Positions 39,539-49,033 of a stretch of 64,000 bases of DNA are shown here, one piece after another. Origin of the DNA: an uncultured Pseudomonadales bacterium. GTDB lineage: Bacteria > Patescibacteriota > Microgenomatia > UBA1400 > UBA12108. Position 1 is the stretch's first letter. Every line of letters starts with the position of its first letter. The position numbers and the translations under genes are program-made. The notes beneath the pieces are model-generated. The model was not told the DNA's origin. It did no database searches and saw nothing but the letters and a program-made list of their open reading frames with translations. The stretch lies in contig CAYFZD010000001.1 in assembly GCA_964347565.1 (NCBI GenBank), forward strand, positions 3,019 through 67,018, given 5' to 3'.

Positions 39539-40541
39539 GTTTTTCGATTGTTTTAAATATATACATCACTTTCTTGCTAGAGTCCGCGGTATATGCGAGC
39601 AAGTCTCCTCTGATCTGAACGTAATGAGCTTTCATGTATTCCAGCTTATCGTCAAAAGTAGCCAGTTTACGCAAATCTATCGACAACTGCTCGTATCCTA
39701 TGTCTGTACAATAATTTACGTTTTTTGGCTCGTAGGAGAGCGATAGAAAAGGGATCCCCATTTGAGTTGCGAATATGAGTGAATGGAGCCTCATGCCTAC
39801 CAAGTACCTGCTGGCTTTTAGCGCATCTAAGTTTGATTTAGTCGGCACACGACTAAAGTACTTCTTTAGTTCGTCTTGATCTGTTTTACCAAAAGAGCCG
39901 CTATAGAGGACTAGTGGGTAAACTTTATCAAACTTTTCTTTGACCAAACTAGCTAATTTATCCGGGTTCCACTTTGGTAAAGGGTAAAAATACTTAATCC
40001 ACGGCCTCTTCTCATACCAGCGTCCTAGTCTTTCATGCCACAGACTGTGTAATTCCAAGTCCCACCAAAACCAATCTCTCAGATTTAGTGTACAGCTATC
40101 GGTTGTTACCTCAGCACTCTTCTGATAAGGGTACATAAATGTAATATCAGGTCCAACTATAACTTTAAAGTGATCACCAAGCATCAGACTACTCTTACGG
40201 TCTCTGACATAAATAAATTCGGCCTTATTTTTTAGTACCTCCAATCCCTCCTTCATATCATCATTCAGCCCATCAGCCTCTATACTTATCCCAATACAGC
40301 CAAAGGGTTTAGTAATCTTGTTTAAAAAATCGACATACCTGCTAAAGCCCCGAAATATCAACCCGCCCCCCCCAATCAATACAAAATCACAAGAATTCAC
40401 TCTCCTTATCTCTAATATAGCCTGTAAAAACGACTTAAAGCGAATTATTTTGTGCTTGTGGAAATATTTCTTAATACAGTAATACATCCTTTCATCACCA
40501 AGATTATTGTTGCCCGACCATCCAATCAGTGCAATTTTCAT
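39507..40541 (-). CDS. Polysaccharide pyruvyl transferase (CsaB/WcaK family)
   Basis: N-terminus MKIALIGWSGNNNLGDERMYY and overall PS_pyruv_trans-like architecture. AT-rich. Confidence 0.65.
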   Translation of the reverse strand: MKIALIGWSGNNNLGDERMYYCIKKYFHKHKIIRFKSFLQAILEIRRVNSCDFVLIGGGGLIFRGFSRYVDFLNKITKPFGCIGISIEADGLNDDMKEGLEVLKNKAEFIYVRDRKSSLMLGDHFKVIVGPDITFMYPYQKSAEVTTDSCTLNLRDWFWWDLELHSLWHERLGRWYEKRPWIKYFYPLPKWNPDKLASLVKEKFDKVYPLVLYSGSFGKTDQDELKKYFSRVPTKSNLDALKASRYLVGMRLHSLIFATQMGIPFLSLSYEPKNVNYCTDIGYEQLSIDLRKLATFDDKLEYMKAHYVQIRGDLLAYTADSSKKVMYIFKTIEKLMTAQSRDHK

Positions 40542-41131
40542 ACAGAATTCTCTCCAAGCACAAAATACATTTTGTACGGCAGCCCCAATCTCTCTGCATT
40601 AATCTCACCCAAACTTACCTTCTCAAAATCATTATTCATCAGAGATGGAATGTCTTTTACCGAGTATTCGACTGCATCATCAACTCCAGGGATCTTTTTT
40701 TTATTGGATCCTTTAATTTTTTCTTTGCTATCGGTATCAGGATAGAACAGGAGAACTCTAGGGGAGATCTTAGCCAGTTTTTGCACCAACTTTGTCCGAG
40801 TAGATCCACTCACGCACTGGATCAATCCGCTATTCCACAAAAACTCAAATTTTTCTTCTATTTTAAATAGATCTCCATAGATGGTCTGACAGAGCACACC
40901 GTGGCGCTTGTATATATCTACGCTTGTCTTCAAACTGTCATCGCGGATATCGTTTAGAGTTACCTGATGCCCATCCATAGCCAAAAAATAGGAGATATGT
41001 CCCGTTCCGCTCCCCACCTCGATTATGTTAGGGTCATCACTCAGATTATCTCTAATTACGTGATATATTGCTTCACTGGCTCTCGTCCACAAGATGGGAT
41101 TGCGCATTTTGTTGTAGTAGAACATAATCAC
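40538..41131 (-). CDS. Class I SAM-dependent methyltransferase
   Basis: Motif I IIEVGSGTGHISYFLAMDGHQVTLNDI. ATGA overlap with the pyruvyl transferase gene. Confidence 0.7.
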   Translation of the reverse strand: MIMFYYNKMRNPILWTRASEAIYHVIRDNLSDDPNIIEVGSGTGHISYFLAMDGHQVTLNDIRDDSLKTSVDIYKRHGVLCQTIYGDLFKIEEKFEFLWNSGLIQCVSGSTRTKLVQKLAKISPRVLLFYPDTDSKEKIKGSNKKKIPGVDDAVEYSVKDIPSLMNNDFEKVSLGEINAERLGLPYKMYFVLGENSV

Positions 41132-41136
41132 ATTAT

Positions 41137-41775
41137 ATGATAGATTGGTTCAATTTACTTAAGCATCGCTCCTACCGCAAAGTTCAGGAAGTTAACCTAC
41201 TTTACCCCAATGAAGACTATATCTCTTCAGAACAAAATCTTAACAAAGCCGACCTTCATCGCTTTTCTTATATTTTCAAGTTGCACAAGCACTTAAAGGG
41301 GAGCATGCTCGATATCGGCTGTAATGACGGATATTTTATGCGGCATTTCCCCTGGAAATTTCACAAGTATACCGGCGTTGATTTATTTAGCATTACCAGA
41401 TACACAAAAGGAAGATACTGGCGGGAGCGGAAATACTATACCAAAAACTATCAAATTCGCTATAAACAGGGATATTTTGAGGATATTTCGGCTTCACTGG
41501 GACAATTCGACTTCATTTTCGCCGGAGAAATTATTGAACACGTCGAGGATCCGGAATTATTTTTAAAATCTGTAAAAAACAATTTGAAATCGGGTGCCAC
41601 TTGGTGTATCTCAACTCCGAATGCGATTGGGGGAGACCTACCCGAGCACAATCGTCAATTTAGCAAAAAATCACTCAACAAGCTACTGTCTAAGTATTTT
41701 ACGAAGTTCAAAATTTACGAAATCATATCTCCAGGAGATAGTTGGCCATTTTTAGTTGCGACTGGAAAGGGATAA
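41137..41775 (+). CDS. Class I SAM-dependent methyltransferase
   Basis: Motif I MLDIGCNDGYFM and post-I FIFAGEIIEHV. Confidence 0.7.
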   Translation: MIDWFNLLKHRSYRKVQEVNLLYPNEDYISSEQNLNKADLHRFSYIFKLHKHLKGSMLDIGCNDGYFMRHFPWKFHKYTGVDLFSITRYTKGRYWRERKYYTKNYQIRYKQGYFEDISASLGQFDFIFAGEIIEHVEDPELFLKSVKNNLKSGATWCISTPNAIGGDLPEHNRQFSKKSLNKLLSKYFTKFKIYEIISPGDSWPFLVATGKG

Positions 41776-41785
41776 CTTAATCAAT

Positions 41786-42508
41786 CTACGAATATTTTCG
41801 CTTAATCGCAAAAATCGCCGAAAATGACCTAAGTAATTCCATCAAATTGGCATTCGACTTGCCTTTCTCCCTATCTACAAATTTGAACGGAACTTCTACA
41901 AATCTAAAGCCATGCCGATAAAGTAGATAGAGAGTTTCGGATAATGCGATAAAGCCTTTTTGCTGGATGCGGCTGTGTACGATCAGTTTGACTGCCTCCC
42001 TTGGGTAACAGCGATAGCCATTAGTACAGTCACTAACCGGCACGTGTAAAATAGTACGGATATATGTGTTGGCAAATCTGCTCATGACCTTTCTTCTTAT
42101 TGACCAGTTCATAATTTTGCCGCCCCTGGTGTAGCGAGACGCCACCACAACAGTATTTGGTTCTCTTTTGTCCAAAATCCTAGGCATGTCCGTAGGCTTA
42201 TGGGAAAAATCGGCATCCATCTCAATAAAATACTCTATTTTTGGATTTTTGAGAGCCTCTTCAAATCCCGAGAGGACCGCCCCTCCTCGACCAGATTTTG
42301 ACCTTCTTACAATTAGAGAAACGCGACCATCTTTGTTGGATATGTACTTGCGCACTATCTCCGCGGTACCATCAGGTGAGTTGTCGTCCACAACATAGAT
42401 GTATGCACCCTCCACATTACTGCGTATTTGCTCGATCAAGTCCAGGATATTCTCCTTTTCGTTGTAGGTAGGGATTATTACCCCGATTGGTTCAAGTAAC
42501 TTCTTCAT
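41786..42508 (-). CDS. GT2 glycosyltransferase (dolichyl/polyprenyl-phosphate mannose synthase-like)
   Basis: GVIIPTYNEKENI, YVVDDNSPDGT and EMDADFSH motifs. Confidence 0.8.
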   Translation of the reverse strand: MKKLLEPIGVIIPTYNEKENILDLIEQIRSNVEGAYIYVVDDNSPDGTAEIVRKYISNKDGRVSLIVRRSKSGRGGAVLSGFEEALKNPKIEYFIEMDADFSHKPTDMPRILDKREPNTVVVASRYTRGGKIMNWSIRRKVMSRFANTYIRTILHVPVSDCTNGYRCYPREAVKLIVHSRIQQKGFIALSETLYLLYRHGFRFVEVPFKFVDREKGKSNANLMELLRSFSAIFAIKRKYS

Positions 42509-42518
42509 ACGTTTCTCG

Positions 42519-43703
42519 CTAAATTATAATTGGGGTAGGAAGCGGGATAATAAAATGACCCCCACTAGCCAAGTATTTTTTTTCTCGCTCAATAAAATTT
42601 TCTGCAAAAAACCACGGAAGGATCAGCATGTAATCAGGCTTCAATTTTCTGGCCTCTTCTTCAGATATGATTGGCATGCCCACACATTCCATATTCTTCC
42701 CGTATTTGTCCGGGTTTCGCTCTACGGCATAGGGGATTTGGTGGTGGTCTAGTCCACAGGTTTGCAACAAGGTACCTCCGCGAGTAGATGCTCCGTAGGC
42801 AAAAATAGTCTTCCCCTTGGATTTAAGATCGGCAACTATCTGTGTGATTGATCGCTTAACTTTATCTACTCTGCTGGCAAAACTAAATACGTTGATATTA
42901 GTTTCTTTTTTTATCATAGCTCCAACGCTATTGTCTACTTTCCGCTCACCGATACGGCAGATATAAGTTCGAATAGATCCGCCATTTAATTCGTTCTCTT
43001 CCACTTTAAAAGTCATCAGTCCATGTCGATTTAAGAGCATCTGGAGAGAAGTTAGGGAGTAATACTCCAAGTGCTCATGACAAATATTATCAAAGGCGCA
43101 GTTTTCAATCATCGACATCAGATAGTTTTGCTGAATGATAAATATCCCATTATCATTAAGGCAATCCTTAACATCATCGAGAAACTTACCCGGATCATCG
43201 AGATCATAGAACATCGAAATACAAGTAATCACTTGGAATTGAGAATCCAACGCTTCCTTATTGAAAAAGTCATAAACTATCTTATGTCTGTAACCCTTGA
43301 GCGTTTGTTTGGCGTATTTGGCAACATTTTTCGACGGGTCAATCCCCATTCGCATTAAGTCTTTTGTATACCCGCTCAGCAAGGTTCCGTCATTACAGGC
43401 GATATCCAAGACAGAGTCGCCATCTTGTACGTATTGCTCGGCCTGCTTGGCAATATCGTGCAAGTGTCGGACCATCGCGTCATTCACGCCAGACCTATAA
43501 CCATATCCATCATTCCAAAGTAGATCGGGATTTGTAGTATGTCTAAGTTGTACTAGGGTACACGCAGGGCACCTGACGAGTTCCAATGGGATTGCGACCG
43601 GATCATTACGAAAATCAACAATTTTTTGAGTTCCCAGCGAGAGTACCTCTTCCAGCTCGTCAAAGCCACACGAACGGCAGTTAGTAATGGTTTTATAGTT
43701 CAT
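42519..43703 (-). CDS. Zn-ribbon-containing SAM methyltransferase of the NDP-hexose C-methyltransferase (TylCIII-like) architecture
   Basis: N-terminal C-x2-C...C-x2-C (CRSCGFDELEEVLSLG...CPACTLVQL), central motif I VLDIACNDGT, and a C-terminal domain of about 150 aa. Size 394 aa fits the family. Confidence 0.55.
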   Translation of the reverse strand: MNYKTITNCRSCGFDELEEVLSLGTQKIVDFRNDPVAIPLELVRCPACTLVQLRHTTNPDLLWNDGYGYRSGVNDAMVRHLHDIAKQAEQYVQDGDSVLDIACNDGTLLSGYTKDLMRMGIDPSKNVAKYAKQTLKGYRHKIVYDFFNKEALDSQFQVITCISMFYDLDDPGKFLDDVKDCLNDNGIFIIQQNYLMSMIENCAFDNICHEHLEYYSLTSLQMLLNRHGLMTFKVEENELNGGSIRTYICRIGERKVDNSVGAMIKKETNINVFSFASRVDKVKRSITQIVADLKSKGKTIFAYGASTRGGTLLQTCGLDHHQIPYAVERNPDKYGKNMECVGMPIISEEEARKLKPDYMLILPWFFAENFIEREKKYLASGGHFIIPLPTPIII

Positions 43704-43730
43704 ATCCTAGTTAGTATAGAGAACAACCCC

Positions 43731-44705
43731 TTAATTTACTACCAATCGCAGTAGCTCACAATAGTACTTAGTTCCCCATGAGTTGATTTCTGTGTGAATG
43801 CTGGCGTCCGGTTTGCCACTAGACGTTGCATATTGATATAGCCCCCCGGCGGAGCTATTCCCTTGAACTCTTGCTGCCCATCCCAAAATTTGTTTTGCTT
43901 GATTTTTATACCCCACTTTCCAAAGCAATATTCCCATTTGAACAGATCCAGAAACGTAGGCAAATGTGGCTTTTGGGTAATAAGCAATATATCCATTAGG
44001 CTTTAGTCTCGGCAAAACATGTTTCTGGATAATTTTCTTTACTCGATCAATCTGCCCTAAAGCAACTAAGCCTTCAAGATAGTACGCTAGGGGGTGAGTA
44101 TAGTGGTAGTCGGCTTTGTTCATCTTTAAATTGACTAGACGCGAGGCTGTGTTGTAGTATTTTCTTTCTTTAGTCAGCTCGTACAAACTTATCAACCCCT
44201 CCGCATTTTTAACTTGAATATATGAGAAAGTACTCCCCCAATTAGATCCATCAGATGACTTTTGGTAGACAATTTTAGTATCGCGTTTCGTGTCGTAGAT
44301 CGGGAACATCAATCCGGAATCAATCTGCATCGATAACAAAAAATCTCCTGCGTGCCTAGCCGATATCAAGCAATCCTTCCGGCCGGTAGCTCTGTAAGCG
44401 TCAGTTAAACCAGTTATTATTTGTCCCGTATCAAAACTATACAACTTGTCCTTGTCATAAAAACTTGAATAACCGCCGCTTGGATGTTGTATCGATAAAA
44501 GCTTGTCTATTGCTTGTCCTACCACACTCTCATGTGACATTTGGTATCGGCAAAAGTATGATACCAGATAGCCGGTTACCTCCGGATACGGCTTAACCCA
44601 TCGGATTGACTTGTGAGACTCCAGGCTATGAGCCAAACCATAACGTATACAACTTTTCAAAAAATCCTCAGCCTGGCTCAACGAAGTACTACGATCTAAT
44701 TTCAT
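43731..44705 (-). CDS. Hypothetical protein, possible alpha/alpha-toroid repeat fold
   Basis: Repeated Gly/aromatic blocks (HPSGGYSSFY, SDGSNWGSTFSY, GNSSAGGLYQYA) are reminiscent of prenyltransferase/terpene-cyclase or (alpha/alpha)6-barrel repeats. No catalytic motif recognised. Confidence 0.35.
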   Translation of the reverse strand: MKLDRSTSLSQAEDFLKSCIRYGLAHSLESHKSIRWVKPYPEVTGYLVSYFCRYQMSHESVVGQAIDKLLSIQHPSGGYSSFYDKDKLYSFDTGQIITGLTDAYRATGRKDCLISARHAGDFLLSMQIDSGLMFPIYDTKRDTKIVYQKSSDGSNWGSTFSYIQVKNAEGLISLYELTKERKYYNTASRLVNLKMNKADYHYTHPLAYYLEGLVALGQIDRVKKIIQKHVLPRLKPNGYIAYYPKATFAYVSGSVQMGILLWKVGYKNQAKQILGWAARVQGNSSAGGLYQYATSSGKPDASIHTEINSWGTKYYCELLRLVVN

Positions 44706-45699
44706 AAATGTCTTTCAAAATATTTTCCCATCGTTTCTCCCAGGTGTGTTCTTTTAGTACTCTGCGGTAACTATTCTCTGCGATCCACTCTTGGTACTGT
44801 GGGTGTAGAAGGCAATATTGTACTGTGCGGATCAAGTCTTCCTCGCTGTGGTACCCCACAACGTCTACTCCATAAGTAAACAACGGGGCCATCTCAGTGT
44901 TAAATGAAGTCACAATACACGTACGACACGCCGCGGCCTCAAACAGTCCAACTTTTACATTATTGTATCCTGCGTAGGTTTGTGAGAATGACAAATATAT
45001 TCTCCCTGAATTAATTGCCCTCGTGTGATCCAGTCCATGGACTTCGTTACTAGATTGATCCCATCCCGAGCCGTATGTTTTAACGCTAAAGTACTCACGG
45101 AGTGCACTAACTATCTCAATCCTCTCCGGCCTAGCATGTCCCACTACCACCACGTCATATTGTTTTGATACTTTTCGTAACGGTTTATGTAGAGACGGAG
45201 AGGCTGCAAACGGCAGATGTCTATACTTGGAACTTTGCGGGTACTGTCTCTTTAGGGAGTGAAGAGAATTGGTATAAAACAAATCAAAATTATCGCCGTA
45301 AATCTGGCCGTTATCTGCAAATACGTCCGGGTCCGACAGTTCTATCCCCACGCATACTACTCTGCGGTTACTCAGCCACTCCTTGGTCTGCTCGGTTATC
45401 GCCATTCCCCCCGCATTGAGTACAACATAGTTTGGTTTGAGTTTGCCAACTAGTTTCACCAGTTTATTGTGATTTATCCACCGAATAGGGTAGGTGTGCC
45501 CTGGTCTAAGCTCCTCGCTATACCAATTCCCTGTGCTATTATCATAGATTTTTGTATCTACCAGCTCAGTGTGTCCTTTGTTCTTTAACTCCTGAGCCAT
45601 CAAATACACGACATCATTCTCTCCCATCCAGTAACTGCCAAGATGTACACCTGTTAAATTCATAAGTATTATCGTAAAATACATTATAGTATGAAACAA
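44689..45699 (-). CDS. CgeB-like glycosyltransferase (Glyco_trans_1_2 type)
   Basis: C-terminal GLFEAAACRTCIVTSF...YHSEEDL...YRRVLKEHTWEKRWENIL is typical of the CgeB/DUF3880 family. Confidence 0.55.
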   Translation of the reverse strand: MFHTIMYFTIILMNLTGVHLGSYWMGENDVVYLMAQELKNKGHTELVDTKIYDNSTGNWYSEELRPGHTYPIRWINHNKLVKLVGKLKPNYVVLNAGGMAITEQTKEWLSNRRVVCVGIELSDPDVFADNGQIYGDNFDLFYTNSLHSLKRQYPQSSKYRHLPFAASPSLHKPLRKVSKQYDVVVVGHARPERIEIVSALREYFSVKTYGSGWDQSSNEVHGLDHTRAINSGRIYLSFSQTYAGYNNVKVGLFEAAACRTCIVTSFNTEMAPLFTYGVDVVGYHSEEDLIRTVQYCLLHPQYQEWIAENSYRRVLKEHTWEKRWENILKDIYEIRS

Positions 45700-47964
45700 G
45701 CCAAAACCTCACCTATTATCCTTGGCTTCGCTTTTACCGACTCCTTGTCATTTAGATTGTGGCAAATCCTCTGCAAGTTCAAACAAATCACGGCCTACGA
45801 CGAATACAGACATATTACCGCCCTAACCAAAAGATATACGCGCGGCACCGACAATTGGATAAAGAAAGTCATCCTCCCGTCCAAGGCTTTTAAGCGTTGG
45901 CTCACTTACTACTCTCTTAAAATTCGCCTAAAAGATAAAATTTTCTTGACCGGAAAAAAATATTTACCCACTGTACTCAAAGTTTTTCTCAAAAAACACG
46001 CTCCTGCCTACTTCCCAGTGCCCATGAAACCGATTCCTCCAAGCATTCAGCACAAGTGGAACGAATGGGTTAACACCCGCTCAAATGCCAGTCTCGACAT
46101 TATCAACTTTGGGGTGATCGCCTACAATTACCGCATCCAGCGTCCACAGCACCTAGCCACAGAAATGACCAAATTGGGCCATCGGGTTTTCTACATCGAA
46201 AATGAGTTTGTCTATACTTCAAGTCACAAATTACCACAACTCACGGTGACCCAGCAAAGTGACAACCTTTTTGTAGTTAAATTATCGTCATCGATTAATT
46301 ACTTTATCTACCGGGATTCAATATCGGAAAAAGATAAAAAAATTCTCCTCTCGTCATTTAAAGTCTTGTTAAGGAAAGCTCGCATTCTCAATCCGGTAGC
46401 CAAGATCGACCACCCGTTCTGGGGATCTCTTGTCAATGATTTAAGCATGCCGGTTATTTACGACGCTATGGACCTTCACGCCGGTTTTAAAGAGACCTCG
46501 GCTTATAATCTGGAAAAAGAACAAACTCTCCTAAAACAATCCGACATTATTCTCTCCAGTTCCGACTACCTTACCAAACAATTTCACAAATTTAAATCTA
46601 AGACCTTATCACTCAAAAACGCCGGCGAGTATTCACACTTCGCGCATAATCAAATACTTAGGAATTCTCCACCTCCGGACTTTGCAGGCCTCAAACACCC
46701 CATCATCGGTTACTACGGAGCCATTGCCGATTGGTTTAACCCGGATCTAATAGAGGGAGTTGCCAAATCAATCCCCGAAGCCAGCATTGTGCTCATTGGT
46801 CACGTTAGCAACGAGAGGCTTTTGACACTGGCCAGTCGATATCCAAACATTCATTTATTAGGAGAGAAGTCATACTCCGACCTTCCCCGCTACCTAGCCA
46901 GCTTCGATGTCTGTCTCATTCCCTTCAAATTGACCAAACTCATCCAGGCTACAAACCCTGTCAAGATCTATGAATATTTTGCCTCTGGCAAACCGGTAGT
47001 GGCCACGTCTATACCGGAACTCATGCCCTACAAGAAAATTATTTACATGGCTGATACCGTCAGCACATATGTTTCTGCTGTCAAACGCGCAATCAAAGAA
47101 AACTCGGCTTTAAAACAAAAGTTACGCATTGCCGTAGCCAAAGCCAATACCTGGGTCCATCGAGCTAAGGTGCTCGAAGATCACCTTTTGCGCACCTTCT
47201 ACCCTAAAGTGAGTGTTATTATTCTAGTTTATAACCACAGTGATTTATCCAAAATCTCCATAGATACCACGCTAGATCGCTCAAAATATCCTAACTTTGA
47301 AGTTTTGGCTGTAGATAACTGCTCCGATCAAGAAACCAGGAAAATGCTTGAGCAGTATCGCGGTCGTAAAAATATCCGGCTAATTTTTAACTCAAAAAAT
47401 TATGGATTTGCCAAAGGTAATAATATTGGGATGGAGCGTGCGCGAGGTGATTATCTTCTCCTACTCAACAACGACGTTCGCGTAACTCCCGGCTGGATTG
47501 AGAGGCTTGTTTTCCATGCCAAATCAAACAATGTAGGGTTAGTTGGACCCGTTACCAATAGTATCGGCAACGAATCAAAGATCAAAATTCGCTACGACTC
47601 TGAAAATCAGAGCGAGATGGAAATGCAGTCCGCAGATTATGTATATGCTCACTGGGGAGAAACTCTAAAACTTCGTAATATCGCAGCCTTTGCTTGGATA
47701 AAGTCTAGGATGGTCTATAACAAAATTGGCGGGCTAGACGATCGTTTTGGCAGAGGACTATTCGAAGACGATGATTACTGTGTGCGCGTAGGTAATGCTA
47801 AATTGGATATTTTGTGTGCCGAAGATGCTTTTGTTCACCACTACGGTGGGGCTAGCACTAACTGGGGTAGTCCGGAATTCAAATTATTATTTAACACCAA
47901 CAAAACCAAATTTGAGACTAAATGGAAAATGAAATGGACTCCACATAAATACCGCAAAGAATAA
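45691..47964 (+). CDS. Multidomain glycosyltransferase: N-terminal unknown domain + GT4-like domain + C-terminal GT2 domain
   Basis: Middle region HPIIGYYGAIADWFN...IYEYFASGKPVVAT (GT4 C-terminal domain). C-terminal region KVSVIILVYNHSDL...LAVDNCSDQ...FEDDDYC (GT2). The start overlaps the divergent cgeB-like start by 9 bp, so the true start is uncertain. Confidence 0.65.
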   Translation: MKQAKTSPIILGFAFTDSLSFRLWQILCKFKQITAYDEYRHITALTKRYTRGTDNWIKKVILPSKAFKRWLTYYSLKIRLKDKIFLTGKKYLPTVLKVFLKKHAPAYFPVPMKPIPPSIQHKWNEWVNTRSNASLDIINFGVIAYNYRIQRPQHLATEMTKLGHRVFYIENEFVYTSSHKLPQLTVTQQSDNLFVVKLSSSINYFIYRDSISEKDKKILLSSFKVLLRKARILNPVAKIDHPFWGSLVNDLSMPVIYDAMDLHAGFKETSAYNLEKEQTLLKQSDIILSSSDYLTKQFHKFKSKTLSLKNAGEYSHFAHNQILRNSPPPDFAGLKHPIIGYYGAIADWFNPDLIEGVAKSIPEASIVLIGHVSNERLLTLASRYPNIHLLGEKSYSDLPRYLASFDVCLIPFKLTKLIQATNPVKIYEYFASGKPVVATSIPELMPYKKIIYMADTVSTYVSAVKRAIKENSALKQKLRIAVAKANTWVHRAKVLEDHLLRTFYPKVSVIILVYNHSDLSKISIDTTLDRSKYPNFEVLAVDNCSDQETRKMLEQYRGRKNIRLIFNSKNYGFAKGNNIGMERARGDYLLLLNNDVRVTPGWIERLVFHAKSNNVGLVGPVTNSIGNESKIKIRYDSENQSEMEMQSADYVYAHWGETLKLRNIAAFAWIKSRMVYNKIGGLDDRFGRGLFEDDDYCVRVGNAKLDILCAEDAFVHHYGGASTNWGSPEFKLLFNTNKTKFETKWKMKWTPHKYRKE

Positions 47965-47965
47965 T

Positions 47966-49033
47966 ATGAAAATAGCACTTATCCTAGGAACCAGACCGGA
48001 AATTATCAAATTCTCGCCGATCATCCGCGAACTACAGAATCGCCAACTGGAATTTTTTATTCTTCATTCTAATCAGCATTACTCTCCCGGTATGGATCAA
48101 CAGTTTTTTGCCGAACTATCCCTCCCGCAACCAAGGTATAACCTAGATGTTCACAATCTTCCCCAAGGTGCGATGGTAGGGCAAATGCTTCTCGGGATTG
48201 AACCAATCCTGATCGATGAAAAGCCAGATTGGGTTTTAGTAGAAGGGGACACTAACACCGTTTTAGCGGGTGCTCTTGCCGCTGCTAAACTAGGTATAAA
48301 GGTTGGGCATGTTGAGGCAGGTTTGCGCAGTTATGATCGTACAATGCCAGAAGAGCTCAATCGGATTGTTGCGGACCATCTCTCTGATGTTCTCTTCTGT
48401 CCCACGCATAACTCCGTCAAAATAGCGCTAGGGGAGGGAATACCCAAAGAAAAAGTCATCTTGACAGGCAACACCATAGTGGACGCCGTGGAGCAAAACC
48501 TTACCCTCGCTAAACAGTCCAAACTAGACGACAAGTACAAAAATCAAAACTATCTGCTCCTCACGATGCATCGCCCCTCCAATGTCGACACAAAGGCTGC
48601 CCTCTCCCAAGCCATTGCCTCCCTAGAGAGCCTCTCAGACGAGCTAAATGTCCCCATTATCTTCCCTGTGCACCCCCGCACAGATAACGCCCTCAAGCGA
48701 TTCCAATTAACTCCCAACCCAGCCAAAGTCAAGATCATTGACCCTGTTGGATATCTAGAAATGTTGCTACTCATGGAAAGTGCTCAGCTGATCATTACCG
48801 ACTCTGGCGGGATCCAAGAAGAGGCCTGTATCCTTCGTGTGCCCTGCATCACCATTCGTGACAATACAGAACGACCCGAAACGGTCGCAGTTGGTGCCAA
48901 CCTCATCGTGGGTACCTCCATTGTAGAAGTCATTACCGGAGCCAAAACCATGCTCGCAAAAACCCGTGACTGGCCCAACCCCTTTGGAGACGGTCATAGT
49001 GCAACAAGAATCGTTAATCAAATAATAGATTGA
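47966..49033 (+). CDS. wecB: UDP-N-acetylglucosamine 2-epimerase (non-hydrolysing)
   Basis: MKIALILGTRPEIIKFSPII, HVEAGLRSYDR and ITDSGGIQEEA blocks. Confidence 0.9.
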   Translation: MKIALILGTRPEIIKFSPIIRELQNRQLEFFILHSNQHYSPGMDQQFFAELSLPQPRYNLDVHNLPQGAMVGQMLLGIEPILIDEKPDWVLVEGDTNTVLAGALAAAKLGIKVGHVEAGLRSYDRTMPEELNRIVADHLSDVLFCPTHNSVKIALGEGIPKEKVILTGNTIVDAVEQNLTLAKQSKLDDKYKNQNYLLLTMHRPSNVDTKAALSQAIASLESLSDELNVPIIFPVHPRTDNALKRFQLTPNPAKVKIIDPVGYLEMLLLMESAQLIITDSGGIQEEACILRVPCITIRDNTERPETVAVGANLIVGTSIVEVITGAKTMLAKTRDWPNPFGDGHSATRIVNQIID

